Virus record (IMG/VR): IMGVR_UViG_3300022848_000005
Direction: 5' to 3' (one strand)
DNA length: 64,000 nt
DNA from: a virus
Lineage: Duplodnaviria; Caudoviricetes
Every line of letters starts with the position of its first letter. Within the stretch, counting starts at the first letter, position 1. The translations under genes and the position numbers were made by a program. The notes beneath the pieces were generated by a model. The model did not search any database and had not been told where the DNA came from. It saw nothing but the letters and a program-made list of their open reading frames with translations. Of this stretch, positions 19,711 through 29,506 are shown in pieces.

Positions 19711-20193
19711 ATGACAAAAAAGTTAGAAGAGATATTTAATATTACTACTGATGACGTTTCAGAAGAAGAATCAGAAAAGTCTATCCCGGTAAGGAAGGCG
19801 TTTATTGATGATATTAATAGTGCAATTGACAAGATAGACATAGCACTACCTAGGGTTAGAGACCTAGATGATACCAGCGATAGAGAGTTAGATGCCCTAG
19901 CAGACTTAGCGACAGACAAATTCAACGATCTAATGGATCTTGGTATGAATGTTGATAGTCGCTTCAGCGGTAACATATTTCAAACCGCCAGTCAGTTGCT
20001 AGGACATGCTATTACTGCCAAACAGGTTAAACTGGATCGCAAATTAAGAACTGTGGACTTGCAGATTAAAAAAATGCGTCTAGACCAGCAAAATCAGAAA
20101 GGTGGCACTAACGAAGACGCTGAAATAGAAGGCAAAGGTGTAGTGTTAGATAGAAATGCATTGCTCCAAGAAATACTCAAGAACAACAAATAA
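19711..20193 (+). CDS. Probable terminase small subunit
   Basis: ATG 19711 lies 5 nt after TAAATA. Helical/coiled-coil with ASQLL..AI.AK..KLD; lies near terL. Confidence 0.45.
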   Translation: MTKKLEEIFNITTDDVSEEESEKSIPVRKAFIDDINSAIDKIDIALPRVRDLDDTSDRELDALADLATDKFNDLMDLGMNVDSRFSGNIFQTASQLLGHAITAKQVKLDRKLRTVDLQIKKMRLDQQNQKGGTNEDAEIEGKGVVLDRNALLQEILKNNK

Positions 20194-20232
20194 AACTTAC
20201 AAACCGTGCTAAATACGACATAAGGACCCATC

Positions 20233-20823
20233 ATGAAAACATTTATAGATTACTTAACAGAGGCCGCAGATAAGACATACGATTTTAAAATTAAATTGTG
20301 TTGCGAGCCTGACAAAGACAACCTAGATGCTATGGAGAATGTACTAAAAGCATACGACATGGTATCTATGGGTAAGCCAAAAAGGCTACCAGTTAAAGAA
20401 CATCCAGGCGAATTTCCTAATAGAGGACCTATTGAAGTATACATTATTGACGCAAGTGTACGTATGCCTGTAACACCACCACAACTTAAAGAAATGCTGA
20501 AACAACGAGCTGGTATTAACGAAGCAGATTTGCTTGTGTATACCAAAGGTCAAGACGAGTCCTATGTCGCTGATCAAGGGCAAGAATCAGATGGTGCTCT
20601 ATTAGGAAAAGATTATGACAAGTCAGACAACAGTGAATATGGTACAGAAAAGTTTAAGAACAGCATGTTGAAAGACCTAGAGCCTAGTATTAAACATGAG
20701 TATGCAGATCCTAATACTGAGCGGGGTAAAACCACAAACGACCTTCCGATGGGTGTCCAGAGTCCTATGGGATCTACTGCAAATGCAAATAAGAAGCCAG
20801 AGCATAAAAGTTCTGCTAGGTAA
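20233..20823 (+). CDS. Late protein with capsid-targeting-like leader (MKTFIDYLTE)
   Basis: TAAATA at 20210; the leader resembles T4 internal-protein leaders. Confidence 0.6.
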   Translation: MKTFIDYLTEAADKTYDFKIKLCCEPDKDNLDAMENVLKAYDMVSMGKPKRLPVKEHPGEFPNRGPIEVYIIDASVRMPVTPPQLKEMLKQRAGINEADLLVYTKGQDESYVADQGQESDGALLGKDYDKSDNSEYGTEKFKNSMLKDLEPSIKHEYADPNTERGKTTNDLPMGVQSPMGSTANANKKPEHKSSAR

Positions 20824-20828
20824 GTGTC

Positions 20829-21797
20829 ATGAATAAACGAGAACTTACAAAAGACGAAACGCATGCAATAGCAACAAAAATGGCCAAGGAAGGCTTAAAC
20901 GAAATCGAGGAGAATAGCGTGAGTAACAACGAAGAAGACGTCCAAGCCGAGGAAAGACAGAAAGACCTTACTTGGTTAGAAGACATTAAAAGATTATCAG
21001 GTTTAGCTAACACATACGAAAACAGTGCAGGCGCAATGACTGAGTATAAGGTTGACGAATCTACTGACTCAGATGAAGAAGTAGTTACTGAAGAACAAAG
21101 CCCAGCACAGAAAGCGGCATTTCAAAAGATGCTAGATGCTAAAAAAGGCAAAAAGTCAGACGAAGATGTAGAAGAACAAGTAGAGAAAGCAAGTGGTGTA
21201 AGAGCAGACACGAAGGGCAAAGTAGACAAGTCCGAAAAGAAACACTACCATTGCAAACTTACTAAGGACAAAACGACAAGAGGCGTTCGCATGGTAGCAG
21301 ACGAGGGCGAATCAGAAGCTGACGTTAAAGCAAGATGTAAGCGTGAGAACATGGGTTGGGAACTAAAAAGCATTAGAAAACTCGTCGAGTCTGTTGAAAT
21401 GGAAGGCGAGAAAAAAGATCATGATGGAGATGGAGACATCGACAGCAATGATTACTTAGCCGCTAGAGGTAACGCCATTAAAGCCGCTATTGCTAAAAAG
21501 AAGGGCGATGTTGAAGAAGGACTAGCAGAGCTTGCTGACTTACTTTCACTTGCTGGGTTAAAAGGCAAAGTAGAGTTAGATGAACTTGCTAACAAGCCAG
21601 GGCAGGGAACAAAAGAGACTACAACATACAGTGTTTCAGATGTTATAGACCAAGGCAATGACTTACATGCCAAGTCTAAGCAATACGCAGATAAAGCAAA
21701 GTTGGGTGACAACCCAATGGCTACTGAAGAAGTAGACGTAGTTGAAAACAAACTTTGGAAAGCATATCAAGCAGAATTAGCAGGCGTTAAAAAATGA
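20829..21797 (+). CDS. Acidic, low-complexity head/internal or scaffold-like protein
   Basis: Very E/D/K-rich; IKRLSGL and DHDGDGDID motifs. Confidence 0.6.
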   Translation: MNKRELTKDETHAIATKMAKEGLNEIEENSVSNNEEDVQAEERQKDLTWLEDIKRLSGLANTYENSAGAMTEYKVDESTDSDEEVVTEEQSPAQKAAFQKMLDAKKGKKSDEDVEEQVEKASGVRADTKGKVDKSEKKHYHCKLTKDKTTRGVRMVADEGESEADVKARCKRENMGWELKSIRKLVESVEMEGEKKDHDGDGDIDSNDYLAARGNAIKAAIAKKKGDVEEGLAELADLLSLAGLKGKVELDELANKPGQGTKETTTYSVSDVIDQGNDLHAKSKQYADKAKLGDNPMATEEVDVVENKLWKAYQAELAGVKK

Positions 21798-22810
21798 AAA
21801 AACTAGCAGAATATTTTACAGAGTCAGAGCAAGGACATATTAGACCGCAAGTGGGTGATATATTTGATATCGTAATTAACGAAGAACTTGCTATTGAAGC
21901 AGATGTGTTAGAATCTACTGAGGATAAACTTGTTCTTGAATATGATGAACGTGGAATATCACTGCTAGAAGGTTTAGATTTAATTGAAGAAGAGGACACA
22001 GTCACCGAAGGCAAGGTAAAAGACCTACTTCTTGACATAGAAGAGCTTACTGACAAAGAGTTTCAGGACAAGTACAATATGTCTAAATTAGATGCTAAGG
22101 AAAAGTTTGATTTAGATGAAATGAGAAAACCTAATGTAATAACTCTAGCCGGTCGGGCCCATGACGCATTTAAAGAACTTAAAGATTATGAAGCAGAAGA
22201 AGTTGATTTTCACAAAGCAATAGATGACCTTGTACATAGAACATTTGGTCACCGCTCTAAAGAAAAGAAGATGGAAGCAGATCTTAGTGAAGCGTCTAAC
22301 AACATTACTAAGATAAAAGACATTGTGTCCAAACAACAAGCAATGAAGATTGATGGCATTATGGTTGATATGTTTACAGCATCAGCAATCAGTCAGATTT
22401 ACAATAAAGTAAATGATACAAATAAGAAAAAGATGGAAGATCTAGACATAACTAAACTTGCAGAACTTGCAATGAAGATGATGGAATCAAAACAATCGTA
22501 TGACAATGTGGTAGAAGACGGTGATGAGTTAGACGAAGCAGAATATCAAGGTCGTGAAGTTAACCTCGGTAAGCCAATGCGTGGCGATGTGGCCAAGTAT
22601 AAGGTCTATGTAAAAGATAAGAAGACAGGTAACGTTAAGAAAGTTAATTTTGGTGATAAGAACATGGAAATTAAACGTGACGATCCTAAGCGTAGAAAGT
22701 CGTTTAGAGCAAGACATGGTTGTGGTACACCAAAAGCCAGCGACAGAACTAAAGCACGTTATTGGTCCTGCCGTATGTGGTCCACAACGCCAGTAAGTAA
22801 AATTATATAA
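21794..22810 (+). CDS. Acidic multi-module protein with a basic C-terminal RRKSFRARHGC...YWSC domain
   Basis: Leader MKKLAEYFTE; modules are separated by E-rich linkers. Confidence 0.65.
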   Translation: MKKLAEYFTESEQGHIRPQVGDIFDIVINEELAIEADVLESTEDKLVLEYDERGISLLEGLDLIEEEDTVTEGKVKDLLLDIEELTDKEFQDKYNMSKLDAKEKFDLDEMRKPNVITLAGRAHDAFKELKDYEAEEVDFHKAIDDLVHRTFGHRSKEKKMEADLSEASNNITKIKDIVSKQQAMKIDGIMVDMFTASAISQIYNKVNDTNKKKMEDLDITKLAELAMKMMESKQSYDNVVEDGDELDEAEYQGREVNLGKPMRGDVAKYKVYVKDKKTGNVKKVNFGDKNMEIKRDDPKRRKSFRARHGCGTPKASDRTKARYWSCRMWSTTPVSKII

Positions 22811-22812
22811 TT

Positions 22813-23169
22813 ATGAGAGTAAAAGACTTTATAACAGAGATTAAACAAGGAAAAGTCTTAGACTACCAGGAGAGGGCTATACCTGGTGCTAAGACATTCC
22901 CACGTATTGATCAAGGGTATGGACTGTATAGATTTGGACTAGCAATGGCTAGTAGCCCAGACGATATTGGTAACGGGATGCATGAACTTAACAATAGACC
23001 AGTAACACTATGTTATACTAAACAAGAAGAAGAAATTATTAATAAAGCTCTTAAAAAATTAGGGCTTTCATCAGAACAAACTACCAGCAACGGCAGTTAT
23101 GAACCTACCGACACACAAAGTGTTAGCCCGATGCAACCACGTGATGCAGTAAAAAGGAAAAACAAGTGA
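22813..23169 (+). CDS. Hypothetical late protein (leader MRVKDFITE)
   Basis: ORF within a coupled operon. Confidence 0.65.
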   Translation: MRVKDFITEIKQGKVLDYQERAIPGAKTFPRIDQGYGLYRFGLAMASSPDDIGNGMHELNNRPVTLCYTKQEEEIINKALKKLGLSSEQTTSNGSYEPTDTQSVSPMQPRDAVKRKNK

Positions 23170-23474
23170 GAGCAAATGAATTTTTAACTGAGGCAGAGGG
23201 TACTAAGTTAACACCAGAAGAACTTAAAGCTGAGATCGAAGCAAATAAAGCACCATTGGTAACTCCTTCAGGTTGGTCACGTGATAGTAATTCGTTTGGT
23301 GATCTTATTAGACTGGGTTTTATGACCAAAGAGTCAAGACCGTTAAGCGGTTCAGACTATCTAGTAACCCAAACTTATATAGGACCTGGACCAATAACAG
23401 TAGTACATAGTAGTGGCAGAGAAGAAGTTATCAACAAAGGTTGGAAGTTAGAATCTGAGGTAGATTACTCGTGA
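23166..23474 (+). CDS. Hypothetical late protein (leader MRANEFLTE)
   Basis: GTGA overlap with the upstream gene. Confidence 0.6.
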   Translation: MRANEFLTEAEGTKLTPEELKAEIEANKAPLVTPSGWSRDSNSFGDLIRLGFMTKESRPLSGSDYLVTQTYIGPGPITVVHSSGREEVINKGWKLESEVDYS

Positions 23475-23629
23475 ACGCAACCGACTTAATTAGAAGCGTA
23501 TTAGATTTAATTGATAGTGTGGTAACAATTACCGCAGGACAAACAATAGACATTAGAGCATCTTCTGCTTTCGGAGAACACTCAATTGGTCCAAGAATGT
23601 CATTAGTCGCATTACCAATAGCAGTATAA
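23471..23629 (+). CDS. 52-aa ORF missing from the track (MNATDLIRSVLDLIDSVVTITAGQTIDIRASSAFGEHSIGPRMSLVALPIAV), possibly chimeric
   Basis: GTGA overlap; fills the gap between two operon genes. Confidence 0.45.
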   Translation: MNATDLIRSVLDLIDSVVTITAGQTIDIRASSAFGEHSIGPRMSLVALPIAV

Positions 23630-23645
23630 TAGCTAATGGCCGATA

Positions 23646-23837
23646 ATGAAGATATCTGAACTACAAAAATTAGCAGGTATCAGAGAAAAAACATCTTGTA
23701 TGGATATGGAAAACATAAGCCATACCGGTACTGAAAAGGCTAAGATAATGCGTAAGAAAAATATCCAGCCAGGCACACCTGAATGGTTTAAACTTTGGTT
23801 CAGCAGACCATATCTCACAAAAGAAAAGCCTTATTAA
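23646..23837 (+). CDS. Small conserved phage protein (ELQKLAGI...PGTPEWFKLWF)
   Basis: 63-aa ORF at the end of the operon. Confidence 0.65.
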   Translation: MKISELQKLAGIREKTSCMDMENISHTGTEKAKIMRKKNIQPGTPEWFKLWFSRPYLTKEKPY

Positions 23838-24361
23838 GCAACTCGCCTACCAGCACCTAAATACTTTTCCCACTTAGGATCTTTAATTTTAATAGGACTA
23901 TTGCGCCACTTTGATGCCAGTCTCCAGTAGTCTGGTTCGTATGGTTTGTGTATGGGTTTTATTAGTTTGTCTGCTTTAGCATAATTGCATTTTTTACAAC
24001 TAGTAACTACGTTAGTCCATGAAGATTTGCCACCTTTGCTTCTGGGTATAACATGATCGATAGTTAAGTCCTCAAAGTCAAATGTATCCTGGCAGTATTG
24101 GCATTGGAATAAATCACGCAAGTATACGTTAGCTCTACTAAATCTTACATAATGTCTTGGGTTAAAGTATTCTTTGGTAACTGCAACACTAGGTACATTT
24201 AATGTAAGGTTTTCACTGTGTACATGCCAGTCATTATATGTTTCTAACACTTGGATGCGTCCTAAAAACATTAACTTAATAGAGTGTTGCCAGTGTATAA
24301 CTGAGAGAGGAAGTACTGATATTGGATTGTAATCTTTGTTGAGAAGCAAGGTGTGTGACAT
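23834..24361 (-). CDS. HNH endonuclease (McrA-like)
   Basis: LLLN..Y.P...SR.NVYLRD.FQCQYC...LTIDHVIPRSKGGKSSWTNVVTSCKKCN. Confidence 0.92.
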   Translation of the reverse strand: MSHTLLLNKDYNPISVLPLSVIHWQHSIKLMFLGRIQVLETYNDWHVHSENLTLNVPSVAVTKEYFNPRHYVRFSRANVYLRDLFQCQYCQDTFDFEDLTIDHVIPRSKGGKSSWTNVVTSCKKCNYAKADKLIKPIHKPYEPDYWRLASKWRNSPIKIKDPKWEKYLGAGRRVA

Positions 24362-24380
24362 AAAAACCCTTTCTAAAAAG

Positions 24381-24411
24381 TATTTAACACTCCATGGAAC
24401 ACTGGTAAATA
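24381..24411. promoter_or_regulatory. Divergent late promoters for HNH (24381-24386, minus) and terL (24406-24411, plus)
   Basis: tattta and taaata in a 55-nt intergenic gap. Confidence 0.65.
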
Positions 24412-24416
24412 TTAGT

Positions 24417-25979
24417 ATGTCTAAGTCGCTCGACGGCGTTTTAATTAAAGCCGCACATAAACAAGAAACCTTTACTAAGCCTCAGATAAAAGAACTCATG
24501 ACTTGTATGAATGGCAAAACTGGTTGCGAATATTTTATGAGCAACTACTTTTATATACAGCATCCTACAAGAGGTAAGTTGTTGTACAAACCTTTTGAGT
24601 TTCAAAAGCGCTTAATATCTACCTACAACGATTATAGATTTAGTGTTTCTCTGATGCCAAGACAAACTGGTAAAACAACCACTGCCGCTGGGTACCTGTT
24701 GTGGTATGCAATGTTTGTGCCAGACAGCACAATACTAGTGGCCGCCCACAAGTATGCAGGTGCTCAAGAGATTATGCAACGTATCAGGTATGCGTATGAG
24801 TCTGTACCCAATCATATACGTGCAGGTGTTACCAGTTATAACAAAGGAAGTATTGACTTTGACAACGGGTCACGTATCGTGGCAATGTCTACAACTGAGA
24901 ACACTGGTCGAGGTATGTCTATATCATTATTATACTCAGACGAGTTTGCATTTGTGAGGCCTACTATTGCCCGTGAGTTTTGGACGTCCATATCACCCAC
25001 ACTTAGTACTGGTGGTAAGGCTATTATTACATCAACACCTAACTCAGATGAAGATCAGTTTGCATTTATATGGAAACAAGCAAACAAGAACATTGATGAG
25101 TTTGGTAATGAACAGGAAGTAGGCGTAAACGGTTTTAGAGCATTTAGGTCTGAATGGTGGGAACATCCTGACAGGGATGAGCAGTGGAAACAAGAGGAAA
25201 TAGGGCGTATTGGTGAAGATAGGTTTAGACGAGAACATGGGCTAGAGTTCTTAATCTATGACGAAACTCTTATAGCACCAACTACTCTAATAGAGTTGGA
25301 GTTTAAAGAGCCTGTGTTCAAGCAAGGACAAGTACGCTGGTTTAAACATCCTGAAAAAGACAAAACTTATGTTCTCAGTTTAGATCCTAGTTTGGGAACA
25401 GGTGGCGATTACTCCGCTATACAAATATATGAGTTGCCCACATTAGAACAGGTGGGTGAGTGGCAAAATAACAGAACACCGATCCAACAGCAAGTTAAAC
25501 TACTACAACAGATTACAAGTTTTCTAGCAGAAACAGTTAACAAGAATAACATATACTACAGCATAGAAAACAACTCTATTGGCGAAGCCGCATTAGTAAG
25601 CATTGCCGAAATAGGAGAGGAAAATATTGCAGGAACATTCCTTACTGAGTCCAGATCTCATGGGAACTCTAGTCGATTTAGAAAAGGGTTTAATACTACT
25701 GCACGTAATAAACTAGCCGCATGCGCTAAGTTAAAGAGCCTAATAGAGAGCAAAAAACTAAAAGTACATAGCAAAAATTTAATTAGTGAATTAAAAACAT
25801 TTGTGGCACATGGTGGCAGTTATGCTGCCAAGACTGGTGAAACAGATGACTTAGTAATGAGTTTGGTATTGATAACCCGCATGATGCAGGGATTGCAAAC
25901 ATACGATGCTAGTCTAGACACAGCGTTGAGAGACCATAATGACAGTCTAGAGTTTCCTATGCCCTTTGTGATCTTTTAA
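24417..25979 (+). CDS. terL: Terminase large subunit (T4 gp17-like)
   Basis: Walker A PRQTGKTT, Walker B LLYSDEFAF, ITSTP coupling motif, nuclease LSLDP...DYS and DDLVM. ATG at 24417. Confidence 0.96.
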   Translation: MSKSLDGVLIKAAHKQETFTKPQIKELMTCMNGKTGCEYFMSNYFYIQHPTRGKLLYKPFEFQKRLISTYNDYRFSVSLMPRQTGKTTTAAGYLLWYAMFVPDSTILVAAHKYAGAQEIMQRIRYAYESVPNHIRAGVTSYNKGSIDFDNGSRIVAMSTTENTGRGMSISLLYSDEFAFVRPTIAREFWTSISPTLSTGGKAIITSTPNSDEDQFAFIWKQANKNIDEFGNEQEVGVNGFRAFRSEWWEHPDRDEQWKQEEIGRIGEDRFRREHGLEFLIYDETLIAPTTLIELEFKEPVFKQGQVRWFKHPEKDKTYVLSLDPSLGTGGDYSAIQIYELPTLEQVGEWQNNRTPIQQQVKLLQQITSFLAETVNKNNIYYSIENNSIGEAALVSIAEIGEENIAGTFLTESRSHGNSSRFRKGFNTTARNKLAACAKLKSLIESKKLKVHSKNLISELKTFVAHGGSYAAKTGETDDLVMSLVLITRMMQGLQTYDASLDTALRDHNDSLEFPMPFVIF

Positions 25980-26000
25980 ATTTTTTAGATAAATAGATTT

Positions 26001-28433
26001 ATGAGCGAAATTGAACCAATAGCGCAAGGATTATACGACAAATTAAAGAACAGATTTGGCGAAATTGCTATATCTGATGAATCAGCAAAGCCTACTAGTA
26101 TCTTAGAAGATGGGCGCTTCTTTAATTTTGATTTTAAACTAGGAAGTAAAAATTACGGTAATGTTACCATTAGTATTAATGATGGTGACAGTCTAAAAGT
26201 ATTCTTTAATAGACGTATCAGTAAGAAGATGGACGAAGAAGATCGTCCATCATGGTACAAGTTTTTAAAGGCACTACGCAGTTTTTCACGTAGAAACATG
26301 CTGAGGTTCGATACTAGAGATATAACAAGATCCGCATTAACAAAAAAAGAGATTAAAGATATGGCCACCAACGTCGACGTTTACGATAAATCAGAGCTTA
26401 ATCAAATTGCCACAGAAAGCAAGTTATATGGTAGCAAGAAAAGTAGTTACCAAAAAATGGTAGCACGAGAAGGCCAGAATCCTGTTAAAATTATTGTTAG
26501 ACATGCTAAAAATATTGATGAAGAAAAGCATGGCGCAAGAGCAAGGAATATATCAGCAGTTTTCTTAGAAACTCAATCAGGTGAAAGATTTAAACTACCA
26601 TTTATTAAATTGGTAGGTGCAAGAGCCATGGCTAGACACTTAATGAATGGTGGCGGTGTCGGCGATGAGTTGGGAACACATATTGTAGAGCTAGTTGAAG
26701 AGATGGCAGATTTGGGCCAATTTGTTAGACTAATGAAAAACAAACCCTGGGAGAATAGAGAAACTAAGGAAATGATGGAAGCCTCGGTTGACAGATACCA
26801 AGGTGTGAGGGCAACTCTCAATAGTTTAACAGGCCCTAAAGGCTATAGTAAATTTGCAGAAGCATTTAACCCACAAGTTAAAGAACTAGATGAGTTTAAT
26901 GCAGACACTGTTAAAGAAAAGTTTATACAACAGAGCTTCCCAGAAAAATTAGAATCAGCATTGCCGCATGTATACAGTGCGCACAAAGTATGGAGTAAGA
27001 ATATGTCAGAGCAGTTACAACAAGTGCATGAATTTGTGCGTTCAGATGAGTCTGTTCAATTAGGTAAAACACACGGCAACAAGGCTTACTTTGAATCATT
27101 AAGGTTTGTCGACACAAAAGCATTATTAAGAACAGTACTAGAGCAAGTGTCAGATCAAGCAGACGGAGCAATTAAAGAGTTTGCAACCAAATGGGCATCT
27201 CGCCTTAACACTATTGAAGAACAAGTTGACGAATCTTTAAAAGAAGAATATGGTATGGCTGTGCAACTTGCCAAGCAATATATTAAAGGTGTTAAGTCGA
27301 TTAAGGGAGGTCAAGTTGCTGAAGGATCTAATAACGATATTAAAGAGTTGTTCAATGATTGGATGAATAGCGAATATGCCCCGTTCGATGACGACTCAGG
27401 TGATGATAACGCAGTATTCACCAAAGCATTAAACTTTGTTGCAGATCGCATGGATAATCGTTCAGACTCGGAGAGTTATGCTTATAAATTAGCAGATATG
27501 TTTCAGGGTGTTAAGGGTAAAGGTTCAGAGCTAGATGAATATGCAGACTGGGCAGACAGTGTAATTGAAGAAGACGATGAAGTTGACGAAGATCCAATAC
27601 GTGAACTTGTGCTATACATCGAAAACGATGGCCAATTATATCAAATGCAAGGCGAGCCTATTATGCGTAACCTCACTAAGAAGTGGGACAAAGGCGTATA
27701 TGATCATGACAAAGCCAAAACACTTTGGAAGTACTATGCAGACACCGGTGCTAGAAAATATGGCAAAGATTACGGTGCAAATGATGGCTTTAAGATGTTC
27801 TCGCCAGCAGTACGTAGAGCTGTGGCAAGTGAACTAGCAGATAACTGGCATGAAGAACTTAAGGCTGGTAACAAAATGGAAGGTGCTGGTGATGCACCAG
27901 CAGGTTATGACCCACACAGAGATCCTGTATTAACACAAACACCTGCTTATAAAATGAGCATGGGGATTCAGAAAGGTTTGCAGTCAGGCAAGAAAATGTT
28001 TAACAAGTTTAGACAAGGCATAGCAGACAAGATAGCACCTGCTAATAAACAAAATGAAGAGCAAAATGTGGCGGAAGCGGAAGATCATGTTGAACTACAA
28101 AAGCTGATAGGACAACACCTTCCTGTAGGTCAAGATGGCAGTAATGCTATTACAGCACTTACGGGCATTATCGACAATGAAGAGTTAAACGCAGGATTAC
28201 AAGACATTGCCGATAAGCAAGGATCAGACAGTTGTGGTAGACCAGCAGTTTACAAGTATCTACAGGATGCAAATCCAGAGTTATTAAAGTTATTAGACTT
28301 TGGTGACATGACAATGGAAAACTTGGGCGGTGATGCCAGTGAGGAATTTATTAATTCAGTAACTGACCAGAAGAAAAAGAAACACGGCGAAACAACAGCA
28401 GAAGATTTAAAACGGTTAAGCGGATTAATTTAA
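26001..28433 (+). CDS. Large conserved late protein of unknown function, with an acidic modular C-terminus
   Basis: 810-aa ORF; ATAAATA at 25989, 5 nt upstream; ends EDLKRLSGLI. Confidence 0.75.
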   Translation: MSEIEPIAQGLYDKLKNRFGEIAISDESAKPTSILEDGRFFNFDFKLGSKNYGNVTISINDGDSLKVFFNRRISKKMDEEDRPSWYKFLKALRSFSRRNMLRFDTRDITRSALTKKEIKDMATNVDVYDKSELNQIATESKLYGSKKSSYQKMVAREGQNPVKIIVRHAKNIDEEKHGARARNISAVFLETQSGERFKLPFIKLVGARAMARHLMNGGGVGDELGTHIVELVEEMADLGQFVRLMKNKPWENRETKEMMEASVDRYQGVRATLNSLTGPKGYSKFAEAFNPQVKELDEFNADTVKEKFIQQSFPEKLESALPHVYSAHKVWSKNMSEQLQQVHEFVRSDESVQLGKTHGNKAYFESLRFVDTKALLRTVLEQVSDQADGAIKEFATKWASRLNTIEEQVDESLKEEYGMAVQLAKQYIKGVKSIKGGQVAEGSNNDIKELFNDWMNSEYAPFDDDSGDDNAVFTKALNFVADRMDNRSDSESYAYKLADMFQGVKGKGSELDEYADWADSVIEEDDEVDEDPIRELVLYIENDGQLYQMQGEPIMRNLTKKWDKGVYDHDKAKTLWKYYADTGARKYGKDYGANDGFKMFSPAVRRAVASELADNWHEELKAGNKMEGAGDAPAGYDPHRDPVLTQTPAYKMSMGIQKGLQSGKKMFNKFRQGIADKIAPANKQNEEQNVAEAEDHVELQKLIGQHLPVGQDGSNAITALTGIIDNEELNAGLQDIADKQGSDSCGRPAVYKYLQDANPELLKLLDFGDMTMENLGGDASEEFINSVTDQKKKKHGETTAEDLKRLSGLI

Positions 28434-28443
28434 CCGTTTAGAC

Positions 28444-28472
28444 TTGACTAGATAAATAAAAGTGCGTACACT
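28444..28472 (+). promoter_or_regulatory. Sigma70 promoter with a late motif embedded in its spacer
   Basis: TTGACT-17 nt-TACACT, with ATAAATA at 28452-28458. Confidence 0.7.
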
Positions 28473-28534
28473 ACTAAACAAGTGTGCGTATTTTAGGCAT
28501 ACATTATGGCAAACTTATTAAGGAGTAATACATT

Positions 28535-29476
28535 ATGGCAACATCATTGGCCGATATCAGAGCAAGACTGCAACAACAAGACACACGATCCGGAAGTAGT
28601 TCAAGTGGGGGTGGCGACAATGCTATCTTTGCACACTGGAACATAAAAGAAGGCGACACTGCAACTATCAGGTTCCTCCCTGATGGCGATCCTAAAAACG
28701 ATTTTTTCTGGGTAGAACGTGCTATGATCCGTTTACCTTTCCAGGGTATTAAAGGACAAGCAGACAGTAAACCCATACAGGTACAAGTACCCTGCGTTGA
28801 AATGTGGGGAGAATCCTGTCCTATCCTAGCAGAAGTTAGAACATGGTTTCAAGACAAGGGTCTAGAAGACATGGGTCGTAAGTATTGGAAGAAGCGTAGT
28901 TATTTGTTTCAAGGTTTTGTAAAAGAGAATCAAATGCAGGAAGACAAAACACCTGAAAACCCGATTCGCAGATTTGTAATTAGTCCACAAATCTTTAATT
29001 TAATTAAGGCAGCACTTCTTGATCCAGATATGGAAGAGTTGCCAACTGATCCTACTAAGGGATTAGACTTTAGGGTAGTTAAGACCACAAAAGGTGGGTA
29101 CAGTGACTACTCTACAAGCAATTGGGCAAGGCGAGAGTCTGCACTAACTTCAACAGAAACTGCGGCAATAGAACAATATGGTTTATTCAACTTAGTTGAT
29201 TTTCTACCTAACCGCCCAGACGAAACTGCACTAAAAGTAATGAAAGAAATGTTTGAAGCATCTGTAGATGGGCAACCATATGATGCAGAGAAATGGGGTA
29301 ATTACTTTAAACCAGCAGGTATGATGCGGACAGCAACAGAAACCAGTACTGCACCAGCGGCAGTGTCAGCACCAGCGGCAGTGTCAGCACCAGCGGCACC
29401 AGTAACAGTAACTACTCCACCAAGTAGCCAAAGAGCAGAAGACATTTTGGCTATGATTAGAAATAGACAAAAGTAA
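28535..29476 (+). CDS. gp32: Single-stranded DNA-binding protein (T4 gp32-like)
   Basis: ATIRFLPD, F.W, PC.EM.GE.CP, KKRSY, RRF.I..QIF and DP..G.DF...K...Y.DY motifs; AGGAG SD. Confidence 0.9.
   Translation: MATSLADIRARLQQQDTRSGSSSSGGGDNAIFAHWNIKEGDTATIRFLPDGDPKNDFFWVERAMIRLPFQGIKGQADSKPIQVQVPCVEMWGESCPILAEVRTWFQDKGLEDMGRKYWKKRSYLFQGFVKENQMQEDKTPENPIRRFVISPQIFNLIKAALLDPDMEELPTDPTKGLDFRVVKTTKGGYSDYSTSNWARRESALTSTETAAIEQYGLFNLVDFLPNRPDETALKVMKEMFEASVDGQPYDAEKWGNYFKPAGMMRTATETSTAPAAVSAPAAVSAPAAPVTVTTPPSSQRAEDILAMIRNRQK
29351..29398. repeat. 18-nt tandem repeat (APAAVS x2.7) in the gp32 C-terminal linker
   Basis: gcaccagcggcagtgtca repeated. Confidence 0.9.
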
Positions 29477-29506
29477 CACAACCTCCTCCTAGTAGTAAGT
29501 AGTTAA

